Sequence record: OQ870555.1
Length of the DNA stretch: 64,000 bases
From: Escherichia phage PECP14
Strand: one strand, 5' to 3'
A program made the position numbers and the translations under genes. Positions 31,500-42,144 of this stretch are shown piece by piece. The notes under the pieces are model-generated. The model did not search any database, was not told where the DNA came from, and worked only from the letters and a program-made list of their open reading frames with translations. Position 1 is the first letter of the stretch, and every line of letters starts with the position of its first letter.

Positions 31500-31693
31500 T
31501 ATACGATTCCTTGCTTGAATCCTTCGATGATATTTTGGAGCAGAATTGCTTCTTCTGGGCGAACCTTCTCTTGCTTAATAAGCATATCCAAACCAGCAAT
31601 ACAGGTAGCTACTCCAGCATTATACCCAGCATTCCACTGCTCCATGAGCATATTTTCTAAATTACTTTTTAGATTCTGATTCAAGAAGTCCAT
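31499..31693 (-). CDS. hypothetical small protein
   Basis: Start moved to ATG at 31693 with RBS GGAGG; stop overlaps the Sir2-like start (TAATG). Confidence 0.4.
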   Translation of the reverse strand: MDFLNQNLKSNLENMLMEQWNAGYNAGVATCIAGLDMLIKQEKVRPEEAILLQNIIEGFKQGIV

Positions 31694-31865
31694 AAAGTTT
31701 TTCCTCCAATTCCATAATACGATTTTCGTAAGAAGCACGCAGCTTCTCGATGGACAAAGCACGAACTGTAACTTCATCTGAATTGATCGCTAGCTGAGCT
31801 AGATCTTCTGTTTCCATACGTCCGTTGTAAATTAAGCGATATTTAAGATGTTTTACGTTTTTCAT
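31662..31865 (-). CDS. hypothetical small protein
   Basis: 67 aa ORF with ATG start. Confidence 0.4.
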   Translation of the reverse strand: MKNVKHLKYRLIYNGRMETEDLAQLAINSDEVTVRALSIEKLRASYENRIMELEEKLYGLLESESKK

Positions 31866-31874
31866 TCTTGTTCC

Positions 31875-32156
31875 TTAGTTCTGTACTGTAAATTCATTCT
31901 TATCACAGTGAGCATAATAATACCCATACATACGATAAATTTTCACAGCCTTAGTAGACCCCTTCGATTCTTCATAATCAATCCAGAGCCACTTGTCTTT
32001 ACCTACATAATGTACCCGAAACTTCTTAACTTTCTTATCATTCCATGTTGCAACAACACGACGATAATCAAATCCGCCCAACCAATCTAGAGCCTTACGT
32101 TCTTCACTAGGCTCTCCAAGATGGGAAACATCTACTTTTGGAAGCAATTCGCTCAT
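31875..32156 (-). CDS. hypothetical protein
   Basis: 93 aa ORF just downstream of nrdD on the minus strand; no radical-SAM CxxxCxxC motif, so not an NrdG activase. Confidence 0.5.
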   Translation of the reverse strand: MSELLPKVDVSHLGEPSEERKALDWLGGFDYRRVVATWNDKKVKKFRVHYVGKDKWLWIDYEESKGSTKAVKIYRMYGYYYAHCDKNEFTVQN

Positions 32157-32254
32157 AGCTTTCTCCTCTCAAATTTATAAATCAATTATACATAAGTTTT
32201 AGCTCGAAAGCAAATAAAATAAAAGCCAGGTCGACTAGCAACCTGGCTGATTCA

Positions 32255-34129
32255 TTATTTAGCGCGAATGTCTTGATGTTTCACTCGACCCATAACCTCA
32301 TGTTGTTTACCTGGGTTAAACGGACGAGCACCTGGATTTCCAAGATATCCACAAACTCGACGAGTTACCTCAAGAGTCTCAGGATCATGATTGCCACAAA
32401 TTGGGCATTTGAAACCATCCTCAGAAGCTATAGTTTCACCCAAGAACCCACATTCCCCACAAGAGTCTACTGGAGTATTAATACCGAAGTAATGAACTTT
32501 ACTTGCAGCATAGTTAATAACCCATTCCAGTGCATCAGGGAATCGTTTCATATCCGGTAATTCCACATAGGAAATGCACCCACCAGAAGCAATAGGAGTA
32601 AAGTTAGACTCATAATCAAACTTCACATTTGGAGCAACCTTACGTTCTACATCAAGGTGATGGGAATTAGTGTAATATCCTTTAGCCAGAATATCTTCAT
32701 GCTCTGGGAAATACTCACGGTCTAGGCGACAGAAGCGATCACATAGAGATTCAGATGGTGTAGCATACAGACTATACCCTAATTGAGTCTCTTCCTTCTT
32801 CTGATCAGCACGATCACGCATGTATTGTAGCACACGTTGAACGAACTTGATACAAGACTCAGACATTGTATCTACATCTTTACCAAACATGAGCTGCAAC
32901 ATTTCGTGGCAACCAATATATCCTAGAGATACAGAAGCACGCTTGTAGAAATGATCAAATACATATTCATCTGGCCCCAGACGTAATCCAAAGGCTCCTG
33001 ACATATAGAGGATGGGCGCAGCTTTAGCTTGAATGTATTTTAAGCGATCAACCCTCCACTCCAATGCTTTTAACGCGGTATCCACACGCAGCTCAAGCAG
33101 ATCGAAGAATAGATCAATATTTCCTTCCGCTTCGATAGCGATTCGAGGAAGGTTTACGGAAACAACGCCTAAGTTGTTACGACCAGAAGTTTCACCATCT
33201 TCCGCAGCAGCCAGGAACGAACGACAGCCCATAGAGACTTTGTAGTCCCCCGTAACTTCTACAACCTTATCATAACTGATGTAGTCAGGATACATACGTT
33301 CAGCAGTACATTTCATAGCTAACTTCTTGATATCATAGTTAACATCACCAGGTTTCATGTTTACGCCCTCACGCAAAACAAATACCAGTTTAGGGAAGAT
33401 AGCTGTACGTTTATTGATACCCAAACCATCCATACGTACTTCTAGTATTGCTTTCTGTACAAGACGTGCTTCCCAAGAAGTTCCTAGACCAAAACCAAAG
33501 GTAATAAACGGACTTTGACCATTAGAGTTGAACATCGTATTGATTTCATACTCCAGGCCCTGACAGGCATCGTAAACTTCTTTCTCAGTCATTTCCGTAG
33601 CCATTACAGATGCTTTGGCTTCATCCTTAGTCCAACGCTTTGCAAACGCATGATTCTTATCATAAGACTTACGAACATAAGGAGCCAATACTTCATCTAA
33701 TCGGTCTACAGAAGTACCCCCATATTGATGTGAACTAACCTGAGTGATAATCTGAGCTGTGATAGCAGCCGCAGTAGTAATAGAGTTTGGTGTACTGATT
33801 TCAGCATTACCAACCTTCATACCATTCTTCAACATATCTTCCAAAGCAACCAGGCAACAGTTAGTCATACCTAATGCAGCGTAATCAGCATCATGGAAGT
33901 GAATATCACCAATCATGTGAGCATTTCGAATCTGGATTGGCATTTCTTCCAGAATCAGATATTTACTCAATTCCCCTGCAAGCATATCCCTTTGTGTAGG
34001 GAAACGTTCTGAGGGCTTATTGGCATTATTAAACAGCAGCTCTTCATCTGCTGAACCTTCGATAATTTCTTTGCAGTTTCGAATCAAGGACTGCATTCCT
34101 TTATACTTTAGTTCTTCATTGCGATTCAT
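32255..34129 (-). CDS. nrdD: anaerobic ribonucleoside-triphosphate reductase
   Basis: 624 aa; C-terminal glycyl-radical motif RVCGYLG and Zn-ribbon cysteines (CGECG...CPICG); RBS GAAGGAGGG. Confidence 0.9.
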   Translation of the reverse strand: MNRNEELKYKGMQSLIRNCKEIIEGSADEELLFNNANKPSERFPTQRDMLAGELSKYLILEEMPIQIRNAHMIGDIHFHDADYAALGMTNCCLVALEDMLKNGMKVGNAEISTPNSITTAAAITAQIITQVSSHQYGGTSVDRLDEVLAPYVRKSYDKNHAFAKRWTKDEAKASVMATEMTEKEVYDACQGLEYEINTMFNSNGQSPFITFGFGLGTSWEARLVQKAILEVRMDGLGINKRTAIFPKLVFVLREGVNMKPGDVNYDIKKLAMKCTAERMYPDYISYDKVVEVTGDYKVSMGCRSFLAAAEDGETSGRNNLGVVSVNLPRIAIEAEGNIDLFFDLLELRVDTALKALEWRVDRLKYIQAKAAPILYMSGAFGLRLGPDEYVFDHFYKRASVSLGYIGCHEMLQLMFGKDVDTMSESCIKFVQRVLQYMRDRADQKKEETQLGYSLYATPSESLCDRFCRLDREYFPEHEDILAKGYYTNSHHLDVERKVAPNVKFDYESNFTPIASGGCISYVELPDMKRFPDALEWVINYAASKVHYFGINTPVDSCGECGFLGETIASEDGFKCPICGNHDPETLEVTRRVCGYLGNPGARPFNPGKQHEVMGRVKHQDIRAK

Positions 34130-34481
34130 TATACCCTCCTTCTCTAACTAAGACTACTATTATAACTCATTCGAAGGCGGATGTCAACAATATTTTACTA
34201 TAAAGTTCTGTAACATGATCTGAGTCAAAAAATTTTATTTGCCAACCTCTACTAAAAATAGTATAATCACGCACCCGTGTACGCGATATAAAATGATTAT
34301 CTAGTACCATACATCTCCCAGTAAAAGCAAGTAAATTTTTTATTTAAATGCAATATCATAGGCTTATTTAAAATTGTAGTTGCCTTTTACTGTATATAAT
34401 GGTATAATATATTTGTAAGTTGATAAACAAGATCTTTTTGTTGATCCTCTGTTAGCGAAGTACACTATAGGAGTGTTATTT

Positions 34482-35234
34482 ATGGGAAAACCGCGTCAGA
34501 AAAGAGAGAACCGTAATGGTTCAAGAAAGCGTAGCAACAAGTACGAGAGTAACGTAATTCAGGCTGACTTTTCGAATGATTACGCCAATCCAGTTGCTAA
34601 ATCCCTAGTTGGTAAAAACCGTGAGCAAAAATCATATATCAATATGATCAAGAATAACACAGTGACTGTGGGTATTGGTGAACCAGGTACTGGTAAAACC
34701 TTCATCCCGTCAGTTCTTGCAGCTCAGGAACTCGTAGACATTCACTCAGATATTGAGCAAGTGATCCTCGTGCGTCCGAACGAACCTCTAGGTAAATCTC
34801 TTGGTATGCTCCCAGGTGATCTGGCAGAAAAGCTAGAGCCTTGGTTGGAACCAATAGCCGATGGCATGAAATGGGCAATCGGTGATCACGCCTACAAAGG
34901 ATATGTCGAACGCCAGAAAATTAAATTCCTGGCTATCGAACATGCCCGTGGCCGAACTTTCAACAACTCCTATGTAATTGTCGATGAAGCTCAGAATATC
35001 TCCGTTGAAGCAATGATCTGTCTCCTGACTCGTGTCGGACAGGATTGCCGTTTAATCATCTGTGGAGATATCGCTCAGAAAGACATTAAGGGTGACTCCG
35101 GTCTAGCACTTCTTATGGAAGTCTATGAGAAGTACGAGAACGCCCCTTTCTCAATGATCGAACTAATTGATAACGTTCGTTCTGTTGAGTCTAAAGCATT
35201 CTACGATATCTTTAAGGATATGGGGAAGGTATAA
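34482..35234 (+). CDS. phoH: PhoH-like ATPase
   Basis: Walker A GEPGTGKTF, Walker B VIVDEAQN; ATG at 34482 with RBS AGGAG. Confidence 0.85.
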   Translation: MGKPRQKRENRNGSRKRSNKYESNVIQADFSNDYANPVAKSLVGKNREQKSYINMIKNNTVTVGIGEPGTGKTFIPSVLAAQELVDIHSDIEQVILVRPNEPLGKSLGMLPGDLAEKLEPWLEPIADGMKWAIGDHAYKGYVERQKIKFLAIEHARGRTFNNSYVIVDEAQNISVEAMICLLTRVGQDCRLIICGDIAQKDIKGDSGLALLMEVYEKYENAPFSMIELIDNVRSVESKAFYDIFKDMGKV

Positions 35235-35235
35235 T

Positions 35236-35478
35236 ATGGGAAACGTCGTACATCTGCACCGCAAAACTAAGATCCACCGTACTTCACTGAGTGCTGCTAA
35301 TATGATTACACGCAAAGAAGGGGAAGAAAGTCCAAAGACTTCCCTAGCGTGGAAAATTGTAGCCTCTAACCCAAACCGGCCATTCAATTATAACGAACTT
35401 TCAACATCAGTAGATATTCTTCTGAGGGCGAATGCGAAAGCAAAAGTAATTAATCAAGCCGAAAAACTAGACTGGTAA
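35236..35478 (+). CDS. hypothetical small basic protein
   Basis: ATG at 35236 (MGNVVHLHRK) with RBS GGGGAAGG. Confidence 0.5.
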   Translation: MGNVVHLHRKTKIHRTSLSAANMITRKEGEESPKTSLAWKIVASNPNRPFNYNELSTSVDILLRANAKAKVINQAEKLDW

Positions 35479-35599
35479 TATAGAAGGCCTGGGTATGAAA
35501 ATACTCGGGCCTTTTCTATCAGAAAATTTTATTTGCCAAATGACTGAGAATAAAGTAAACTATTTCCTTAATCCTGATAATTACAAAAAGGAAAGCCAA

Positions 35600-37930
35600 A
35601 TGAGCCATCGCATCGAAAAAGTAATTAAACGTGACGGTACTGTTCAGGACTTTGCTCCTGAAAAACTCAATGATTGGGCCGCATGGGCATGTAAAGATAC
35701 TGACGTAAGTTGGTCTGCCGTAGTTATGGCTGCCCTGAAAAATCTACCCAAAGGTGTTGTAGACTCCGATACACTCCAAGATGTGTTAATTAAAGCCGCT
35801 GAAGGTCTTATCAAAGACAATCCAGCATATGATACTGTAGCAAAGGAATTACGTCTTGCGCAGATGCGTAAACGCCTATATGATTCCTTCGAACCACCTT
35901 CTCTGCGTTTCTTCCACGATCATATGGTTCGTGTTGGCGCTTGGGAAGACATGAGTGCATGGATTAGCGATGATCAGTTTGACGCTCTGAATCAAGTTAT
36001 TGACCATGATCGCGATCGTTTATTCACCAGTGGTGGACTGAAACAGTTCTTCGACAAGTATTCCCGTCGTAATATTGCAACTGGTGAAATTTATGAAACC
36101 CCGCAGTTTGCCTACATGGGTATGGCAATGGCGATGTTATCTCAACCTAACTGGACAATTCTAGATGCAATCGACCTCTACAATGCAATGTCGCTCCACA
36201 AAATCAACGTTCCTACGCCGCCACTGGTTGGCCTGCGCTCTAGTGACCGTGGATTTGCTAGTTGCTGCCTCGTGGATTCCACTGACACTCTGGATTCAAT
36301 CGACACAGCCGAGCACATCGTCTTCAAAATGGTCGCAGCCAGAGCGGGAATCGGGTATCATCTTGAAAGCCGATCAATTGCTGATCCGGTGCGAAATGGG
36401 GCATTCCCGCATTCCGGAAAACTGCCATATTATCGACACATTGACCGTTCAGTAAAAGCTAACACTCAGCAAACCCGTGGCGGTTCTGCTACTGTGTCTT
36501 ATCCATACTTCGATCCTGAAATCATTCAGTTGATGCAGGTTAAACAGCAACGTGCTACAGACGAGAATAAAATCGATAAAATGGATTACTCTCTGAGCTT
36601 TAACAACCTTCTGTTAAAACGTTACCTGAAAAACGAAGATATTACGCTAATGTCCTACTTCTACGCACCAGAAGTTCATGAAGCGTTTTATGGCGAAGAT
36701 GAGGCTAAGTTTGAAGAAATCTACATGGCAGCGGAGAAACGTGTGGCATCTCTTACAAAGATCGACCACGAAGGGAAAACAATTCCAGCAGCTCCTAGAA
36801 TCTCTGCAAAAGAAATCCTAGATACTTGGTTACGCATCCGTATGGAAACAGGGCGTATGTACGCTCATCATATTGGTGAATCTAACCGTCATGGTAACTT
36901 CCTTGACCCGATTCGTATGACCAACCTTTGTGTAGAGATTACTCAGCCTACTCGTCCATTCCAGCACATTACGGAACTGTACAAAACTGCGGATCAATTA
37001 GATGATATGCGTCCAGAAGATATTGGTGAAGTATCTCTGTGTAACTTAGGTGGTGTTGTACTTGGACGCATGGAATCTCTGGCTGAGTGGGAAAAAACTT
37101 GCTACATCCTACTGAAATTCGTTGATACAATTATTGAAATTCAGGATTATCCGTTCCCAACTATGGAATATACAGCTAAGAAACGTCGTAATGTTGGTAT
37201 TGGCCTGATGAACGCAGCAGGTGCAATGGCAGCAGAAGGTCTGGCTTATGAAGGTATTGAAGCCCGTAACTGGATTCACCGTGAGGCTGAAAAACTGTCT
37301 TACTTCCTGCATAAAGCCTCTGTACGCCTAGCTAAAGAACAGGGTGCATGTGAGTGGTTTGATCGTACTAAACCATCTAAAGGAATTCTGGTAATCGACA
37401 CGTACAAGAAAACTGTTGATGAACTGGTATCCGTAGGTCTAGAAATGGATTGGGAGTCTCTGCGTGCAGATATTCTGAAATATGGTATGCGTAATTCTGT
37501 TCTGACTGCTCAGATGCCAGGAGAAAGTTCTTCTGTTCTGCTAGGAGTTACTAACTCTATCGAACCGCCTCGTAAGATTGTATCTATCAAGGGTAGTGCA
37601 GTGAATAAAGTAATTGCAATTGCTCCAGGTGCAACCGATTGGGAAACGTTAATGAGCTATAAACTGGCTTATGATGTAGATCGTATCGAGTGGATCAAAT
37701 GGGTAGCAACTATGCAGAAATTCTTCAGTCAGTCTATCAGTACGAATATGTACTATGACTACACCAAGTTTGATAATGAAATCATTCCTGGCCCAGTAGT
37801 AGTTCGTGATTTCATGACTGCTGTTAAGTATGGGTGGAAAACTTTCTACTATGCAAACTTCAATACCGCAAATGGTGGAGGTGCTGGAGAAGAAGCAGCC
37901 GGTTGTGCATCCGGCGGTTGTACTATTTAA
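35600..37930 (+). CDS. nrdA: ribonucleoside-diphosphate reductase alpha subunit
   Basis: ATP-cone N-terminus (MSHRIEKVIKRDGTVQDF), catalytic region with NLCVEI; ATG at 35600 with RBS AAAGGAAAG. Confidence 0.9.
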   Translation: MSHRIEKVIKRDGTVQDFAPEKLNDWAAWACKDTDVSWSAVVMAALKNLPKGVVDSDTLQDVLIKAAEGLIKDNPAYDTVAKELRLAQMRKRLYDSFEPPSLRFFHDHMVRVGAWEDMSAWISDDQFDALNQVIDHDRDRLFTSGGLKQFFDKYSRRNIATGEIYETPQFAYMGMAMAMLSQPNWTILDAIDLYNAMSLHKINVPTPPLVGLRSSDRGFASCCLVDSTDTLDSIDTAEHIVFKMVAARAGIGYHLESRSIADPVRNGAFPHSGKLPYYRHIDRSVKANTQQTRGGSATVSYPYFDPEIIQLMQVKQQRATDENKIDKMDYSLSFNNLLLKRYLKNEDITLMSYFYAPEVHEAFYGEDEAKFEEIYMAAEKRVASLTKIDHEGKTIPAAPRISAKEILDTWLRIRMETGRMYAHHIGESNRHGNFLDPIRMTNLCVEITQPTRPFQHITELYKTADQLDDMRPEDIGEVSLCNLGGVVLGRMESLAEWEKTCYILLKFVDTIIEIQDYPFPTMEYTAKKRRNVGIGLMNAAGAMAAEGLAYEGIEARNWIHREAEKLSYFLHKASVRLAKEQGACEWFDRTKPSKGILVIDTYKKTVDELVSVGLEMDWESLRADILKYGMRNSVLTAQMPGESSSVLLGVTNSIEPPRKIVSIKGSAVNKVIAIAPGATDWETLMSYKLAYDVDRIEWIKWVATMQKFFSQSISTNMYYDYTKFDNEIIPGPVVVRDFMTAVKYGWKTFYYANFNTANGGGAGEEAAGCASGGCTI

Positions 37931-37938
37931 TAAAAACA

Positions 37939-37964
37939 AGGAGATCTTCGGGTCTCCTTTTTCT
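37939..37964 (+). terminator. rho-independent terminator after nrdA (UUCG tetraloop)
   Basis: AGGAGATC-TTCG-GGTCTCCT followed by TTTTTC. Confidence 0.7.
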
Positions 37965-37976
37965 TTGAAATTTTAC

Positions 37977-38005
37977 TTGCTAATCGCTACCAGATTTGCT
38001 ATAAT
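37977..38005 (+). promoter_or_regulatory. early promoter module ending 6 nt before the HNH endonuclease ATG
   Basis: TTGCTA-17 nt-TATAAT, then ATCTAT-ATG; implies a leaderless or very short-leader transcript. Confidence 0.6.
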
Positions 38006-38011
38006 ATCTAT

Positions 38012-38509
38012 ATGAAATTAACACAGAGTAGATTAAAAGAGCTAATCTCCTATGACCCTGAAACTGGCGAATTTACCTGGCTCCCAAGAAAAACTTTAGC
38101 AAAGCATTTATGGAACGCTAAAGCAGGAACCTATGATAAATTAGGGTATCTTCGTATAAAAGTTGAAGGAGTTCAATATTTAGCTCATCGCCTAGCCTTC
38201 TTGTATATGACTGGAGAAATACCAGAAGGAAAAATTGACCATAAAGATACTAATCCGTCTAATTGCGCCTGGGATAATCTCCGTGAAGCCACGAGTTCTC
38301 AAAATTCTATGAACTCGTGTGCAAGATCGGATAACCAGCTTGGAATGAAAAATATTCGTGTAAAAGGCACTTCATTTCAGGTTAGGATAGGCAAAGACGG
38401 CAAATCTTATACAAAAACTTTTAAAACCCTAGAAGAAGCTATAGAATGGAGAGACACCAAACTACTAGAACTTCATGGGGACTTTGCAAACAACGGAGAA
38501 GCTAAATGA
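38012..38509 (+). CDS. free-standing HNH homing endonuclease with AP2-type DNA-binding domain
   Basis: 165 aa; HNH core (...LAHRLAF...KIDHKDTNPSNCAWDNL...), AP2-like C-terminus (NIRVKGTSFQVRIGKDGKSYTKTFKTLEEAIEWRD); between nrdA and nrdB, 4-nt overlap with nrdB. Confidence 0.8.
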   Translation: MKLTQSRLKELISYDPETGEFTWLPRKTLAKHLWNAKAGTYDKLGYLRIKVEGVQYLAHRLAFLYMTGEIPEGKIDHKDTNPSNCAWDNLREATSSQNSMNSCARSDNQLGMKNIRVKGTSFQVRIGKDGKSYTKTFKTLEEAIEWRDTKLLELHGDFANNGEAK

Positions 38510-39651
38510 CTACTTTACTTAACTTAGAATGGGATCATACTAACGCTGATCTTTTCCTCGGTGATTCTTTGGGTATCGCAGATTATGTGCGTGTGGCACA
38601 CCCCGAACTAGAGCGATTAGCTCTGTTGCAGCGTTCCCAGTTCTGGACTGAAACTGAAATTAGTCTTGAAGCTGATAAAAAGCAGTGGGGTAATCTCCCA
38701 CGTGATATTCAGGAAATTACTCTCCTGAACTTAGCATGGCAGACCCAAACAGATTCTTTCATTAGCCGTGCTCCTGAAGCAGCTATTATGCCGCTTGTAA
38801 GCCGTCCTGAATTGGAGGGTATGCTCAAGCAGTGGAGCTACTTCGAAGATCTGCACAGCCGTGCGTATAGTAATATTATTCGTAACGTTCTGACTGATCC
38901 AGCAGAATTTATTGATTCTGTAACTAAAAACCAAGAAGCATTTGCACGTATCGCAGATTCTGTTGAACTGTTTGATGAATTGTATCTGTTAGGTCAGTAT
39001 TTCCTTGCAGTACGTGATCATCGTGGTGATAATACTTATCCAGAAACTGAGTTCCCTGAAGTTAAACGTGAAACTCAGGCTAAGCTGTTAGATGCTTACT
39101 TTGCAATCTACGGTCTGGAAGCAATGCAGTTCTACGCATCCTTTGCATGTACCTTTGCTCTAGCAGAGAACGATATTCTGCAAGGTATTGCTAAGAACCT
39201 GCAATTAATCGCTAAAGATGAAGCTCTACATACTCAAATGTCTAAAGCTATCATCCAGATTATGTTCCAGCAGTTTGATAAAGATCTGGTAGACGAAGCA
39301 TTAGCTAAAGCACCAGCACAACTCCTAAAAACTCTGAAAACTGAGATTGAATGGGGTCACTTTATCTTTAAAGGCCGTAGTCTGATTGGTTTGAACGCAG
39401 AACTGCTTGAAGAATACCTTTACTTTGTAGGACGTAACGCATTTATGCACATTGGTGTAGAATGGCCAAGCCACTTACCTGTAATTACTAAGAATCCGAT
39501 TCCGTGGATCATGAACTGGTTGGATACTACTTCTCTACAACCTGCTCCGCAAGAGATTCAGATTGGTGCAGCCTACCGCGTAGGTCAAGTCACAGAAACC
39601 TCTGCTGATACTCTGAAAGATCTTGGCAACGAATTTGAGGGTATGTTCTAA
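38506..39651 (+). CDS. nrdB: ribonucleoside-diphosphate reductase beta subunit
   Basis: 381 aa; diiron/tyrosyl-radical ferritin-like fold (..EDLHSRAYS.., ..KDEALHT..). Confidence 0.9.
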   Translation: MTTLLNLEWDHTNADLFLGDSLGIADYVRVAHPELERLALLQRSQFWTETEISLEADKKQWGNLPRDIQEITLLNLAWQTQTDSFISRAPEAAIMPLVSRPELEGMLKQWSYFEDLHSRAYSNIIRNVLTDPAEFIDSVTKNQEAFARIADSVELFDELYLLGQYFLAVRDHRGDNTYPETEFPEVKRETQAKLLDAYFAIYGLEAMQFYASFACTFALAENDILQGIAKNLQLIAKDEALHTQMSKAIIQIMFQQFDKDLVDEALAKAPAQLLKTLKTEIEWGHFIFKGRSLIGLNAELLEEYLYFVGRNAFMHIGVEWPSHLPVITKNPIPWIMNWLDTTSLQPAPQEIQIGAAYRVGQVTETSADTLKDLGNEFEGMF

Positions 39652-40181
39652 TGATAGCAGCAATCTATGCAACTGGGCCGAATGGGGAGTTCGGCCTCAA
39701 TGGTAAGCTCCCCTGGGGTTCTTTCAAAGAAGAACTAGATATCTTCTATGCTACATTGGATTCTCTAGCACCTGATAATATTATTGTAGGAGCAGGAACT
39801 TGGTTAGCCTTCCCTGAGACTCTGCAAAAAAGAATACTAGGAGATTCTGACCTATTTATTTATGCAAATAGACCACTACCTAACTCTGTAGGATCAGCTA
39901 CACGCATAAGCAACATTGGATACCGTCTGCCTGATTTTCTCAAGGAAGAGGTAACTGTAGTATTAGGGGGAGCAACTCTGCTTCTTGAAATGTATGTCAA
40001 AAATCATCTAGATATGGCGTATATCTCTACTATTACTTCAGCCACACCATTATCCGCTGATGTACATCTGCATCATCATATTACTTTAACTAATTCAATG
40101 GCAACTAGAATGGACTATGTGGCAGGACAGAATGCAGATAAAACGCTTTCATTCTTACAAGAATTGGTGATATTTAAATGA
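39651..40181 (+). CDS. frd: dihydrofolate reductase
   Basis: 176 aa; N-terminal DHFR pattern ([22 protein letters not shown]); lies beside thyA. Confidence 0.75.
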   Translation: MIAAIYATGPNGEFGLNGKLPWGSFKEELDIFYATLDSLAPDNIIVGAGTWLAFPETLQKRILGDSDLFIYANRPLPNSVGSATRISNIGYRLPDFLKEEVTVVLGGATLLLEMYVKNHLDMAYISTITSATPLSADVHLHHHITLTNSMATRMDYVAGQNADKTLSFLQELVIFK

Positions 40182-41032
40182 AGCAATATATTGAAACTGG
40201 AAAACGTATTCTTGAAGAGGGTGTATGGGTAACGAATCCTAGAACAGGGGTTCGTTGCCTAACCATTATTGATGCAGACTTTACCTTTAACGTAGGGGCG
40301 GGAGAACTGCCGCTAGTAACTACTCGTAAAGCATTTGCTAAACAAGCAATAATGGAAATGATCGGATATCTCCGTGGGTACGACTCAGCAGCACAATTCC
40401 GCGCTATTGGTGTTAATACATGGAATGCTAATGCAAATGAAAATATTGCCTGGCTAGGTAATCCATTCCGTAAAGGCGAGGATGATATGGGACGAGTCTA
40501 TGGTGTTCAAGGACGTCATTGGACTAATTCTGATGGTATGGTATTTGATCAGTTAGCCAAAGTCTATCATAATTTGAAGAAAGGGATTGACGATCGTGGA
40601 GAAATTTTAACTTTTTGGAACCCTGGGGAATTTCGTAAAGGATGCTTACGTCCATGTATGCATACCCATCAATTCTCTATTTTAGGTGATACACTATACC
40701 TAAACTCTTTCCAGAGGTCTAATGATTTCTTGCTGGGCCAAGTATTTAATATGGTGCAATGTTATGCACTTCTAGCTATTATGGCACAGATTACAGGTCT
40801 TAAGCCAGGTATTGCTCGTCAAAAGATTATCAATCTTCATATCTATGAAGATCAGTATAATGTTCTGATGGAGCACAAGCAATTCGATCGTAAACCTTTT
40901 GCATCTCCTACTTTAGAAATCAATCCAAATATCCAAACTTTGGATGATGTATTAACGTGGGTAAATAAGGATGATTTTACTGTTCGTGGCTATGAACACC
41001 ATCCTGCTATTGCATACCCATTCACAGTCTAA
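40178..41032 (+). CDS. thyA: thymidylate synthase
   Basis: 284 aa; ThyA blocks (...[10 protein letters not shown]..., ...SNDFLLG...). Confidence 0.9.
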   Translation: MKQYIETGKRILEEGVWVTNPRTGVRCLTIIDADFTFNVGAGELPLVTTRKAFAKQAIMEMIGYLRGYDSAAQFRAIGVNTWNANANENIAWLGNPFRKGEDDMGRVYGVQGRHWTNSDGMVFDQLAKVYHNLKKGIDDRGEILTFWNPGEFRKGCLRPCMHTHQFSILGDTLYLNSFQRSNDFLLGQVFNMVQCYALLAIMAQITGLKPGIARQKIINLHIYEDQYNVLMEHKQFDRKPFASPTLEINPNIQTLDDVLTWVNKDDFTVRGYEHHPAIAYPFTV

Positions 41033-41037
41033 TTCAA

Positions 41038-41062
41038 ATAGCCCTTCGGGGCTATTATATTT
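41038..41062 (+). terminator. rho-independent terminator after thyA (UUCG tetraloop)
   Basis: TAGCCC-TTCG-GGGCTA followed by TTATATTT. Confidence 0.7.
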
Positions 41063-41071
41063 AAATTTCAT

Positions 41072-41100
41072 TTGCTTACTGAGTGAAATTCAAATATAAT
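41072..41100 (+). promoter_or_regulatory. early promoter module
   Basis: TTGCTT-17 nt-TATAAT, then ..ATAAATTGGAGACACTT-ATG. Confidence 0.65.
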
Positions 41101-41124
41101 ATATTTTATAAATTGGAGACACTT

Positions 41125-41379
41125 ATGGGACTCTTTAAAAAGAAAGTTTATTTAACACAAAGTCAAGAACGCAGGTTCTTAGCTCTGTCTCAGTATTACC
41201 ATTTACCTTTCGATCATTTCATAGAACGGGCGTTAGAACAATTCCTAGAAAAGGAATTAAGGGCAATTAGACCTGAACCGCCAAGAGCACCAAATGATGC
41301 ACAGAGAGGTCATCCACGTATCCCACCTATGCCGCCAGTTCCACCAGCGACTAGGGTCATTATAGAAGGTGATAAATAA
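41125..41379 (+). CDS. hypothetical protein, possible ribbon-helix-helix DNA-binding protein with Pro-rich tail
   Basis: ATG at 41125 (MGLFKKKVYLTQSQERRF...) downstream of the promoter; C-terminal PEPPRAPND...PPMPPVPP. Confidence 0.5.
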   Translation: MGLFKKKVYLTQSQERRFLALSQYYHLPFDHFIERALEQFLEKELRAIRPEPPRAPNDAQRGHPRIPPMPPVPPATRVIIEGDK

Positions 41380-41648
41380 TGTCTATTCTTTTATCTGCTT
41401 TAGAAGCAAAGCAAAATACTATTGCTAGTATTAAAAAGGAAGTAATTGATCTGGAATCACTTATCGCCGTAGAAATCGATAAAGCCATTAAAGATAAAGA
41501 ATTTAACTGCCACATCCAGGGACTGACTGAATACTCAGAAAACGCTAGAAATAGCGTTATGCAAAAACTTAGCAAACTAGGTTATGTTGTAGAAGCTAAG
41601 TATGAACAGCGTGAAGGTTTTTGGCTTGAAATTGATTGGAGCAAATAA
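41379..41648 (+). CDS. hypothetical protein
   Basis: 89 aa ORF coupled by TAATG to the upstream gene. Confidence 0.5.
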   Translation: MSILLSALEAKQNTIASIKKEVIDLESLIAVEIDKAIKDKEFNCHIQGLTEYSENARNSVMQKLSKLGYVVEAKYEQREGFWLEIDWSK

Positions 41649-42124
41649 TGTCGGTTTTCCACATATATACAGATGGTGCATGTAAAGGCAATCCTGGTTT
41701 AGGTGCGTGGGGATTTGTTGTCTATAATGATAATGATGATCGTATTGGCTCTAAATCTGGCTTTAGCCCTAAAACTACTAATAACGAAATGGAACTTACT
41801 GCAATTGTAGAAGTTCTTCGTTGGTCTACTAAGAAAGATAATCGTCCAGTAATTATCTACACTGATTCTGCTTACTGCAAAAATGGTATGGAAAGCTGGA
41901 TGTGGTCTTGGCAGAAGAAAGGCTGGAAGAAGGGAGATGGTGAAACTCCTCTCAATTTAGAACTCTGGCAAGAAGCGTTTAAACTAACTCAACAGTATAT
42001 TAATTTCCATGATACTAACCCAACCTTTGTTAAGGTTAAAGGTCACTCAGGTATTCGTGGTAATGAAGAAGTTGATGCTCTATGCAATACTGTAATTACT
42101 GAGCAAGAACTTGATGAGATGTAA
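41648..42124 (+). CDS. rnhA: ribonuclease H (RnhA-like)
   Basis: N-terminus HIYTDGACKGNPG, then ELTAI..., ...YTDS..., ...GHSG...NEEVD; ATG at 41648 with RBS GGAG. Confidence 0.8.
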   Translation: MSVFHIYTDGACKGNPGLGAWGFVVYNDNDDRIGSKSGFSPKTTNNEMELTAIVEVLRWSTKKDNRPVIIYTDSAYCKNGMESWMWSWQKKGWKKGDGETPLNLELWQEAFKLTQQYINFHDTNPTFVKVKGHSGIRGNEEVDALCNTVITEQELDEM

Positions 42125-42144
42125 TAAATAAATTAAAAATTCAC

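Noticed and set aside
31875-32156. The 93-aa ORF next to nrdD as a candidate NrdG activase.
   Set aside because: No CxxxCxxC radical-SAM cysteine motif; left as hypothetical.
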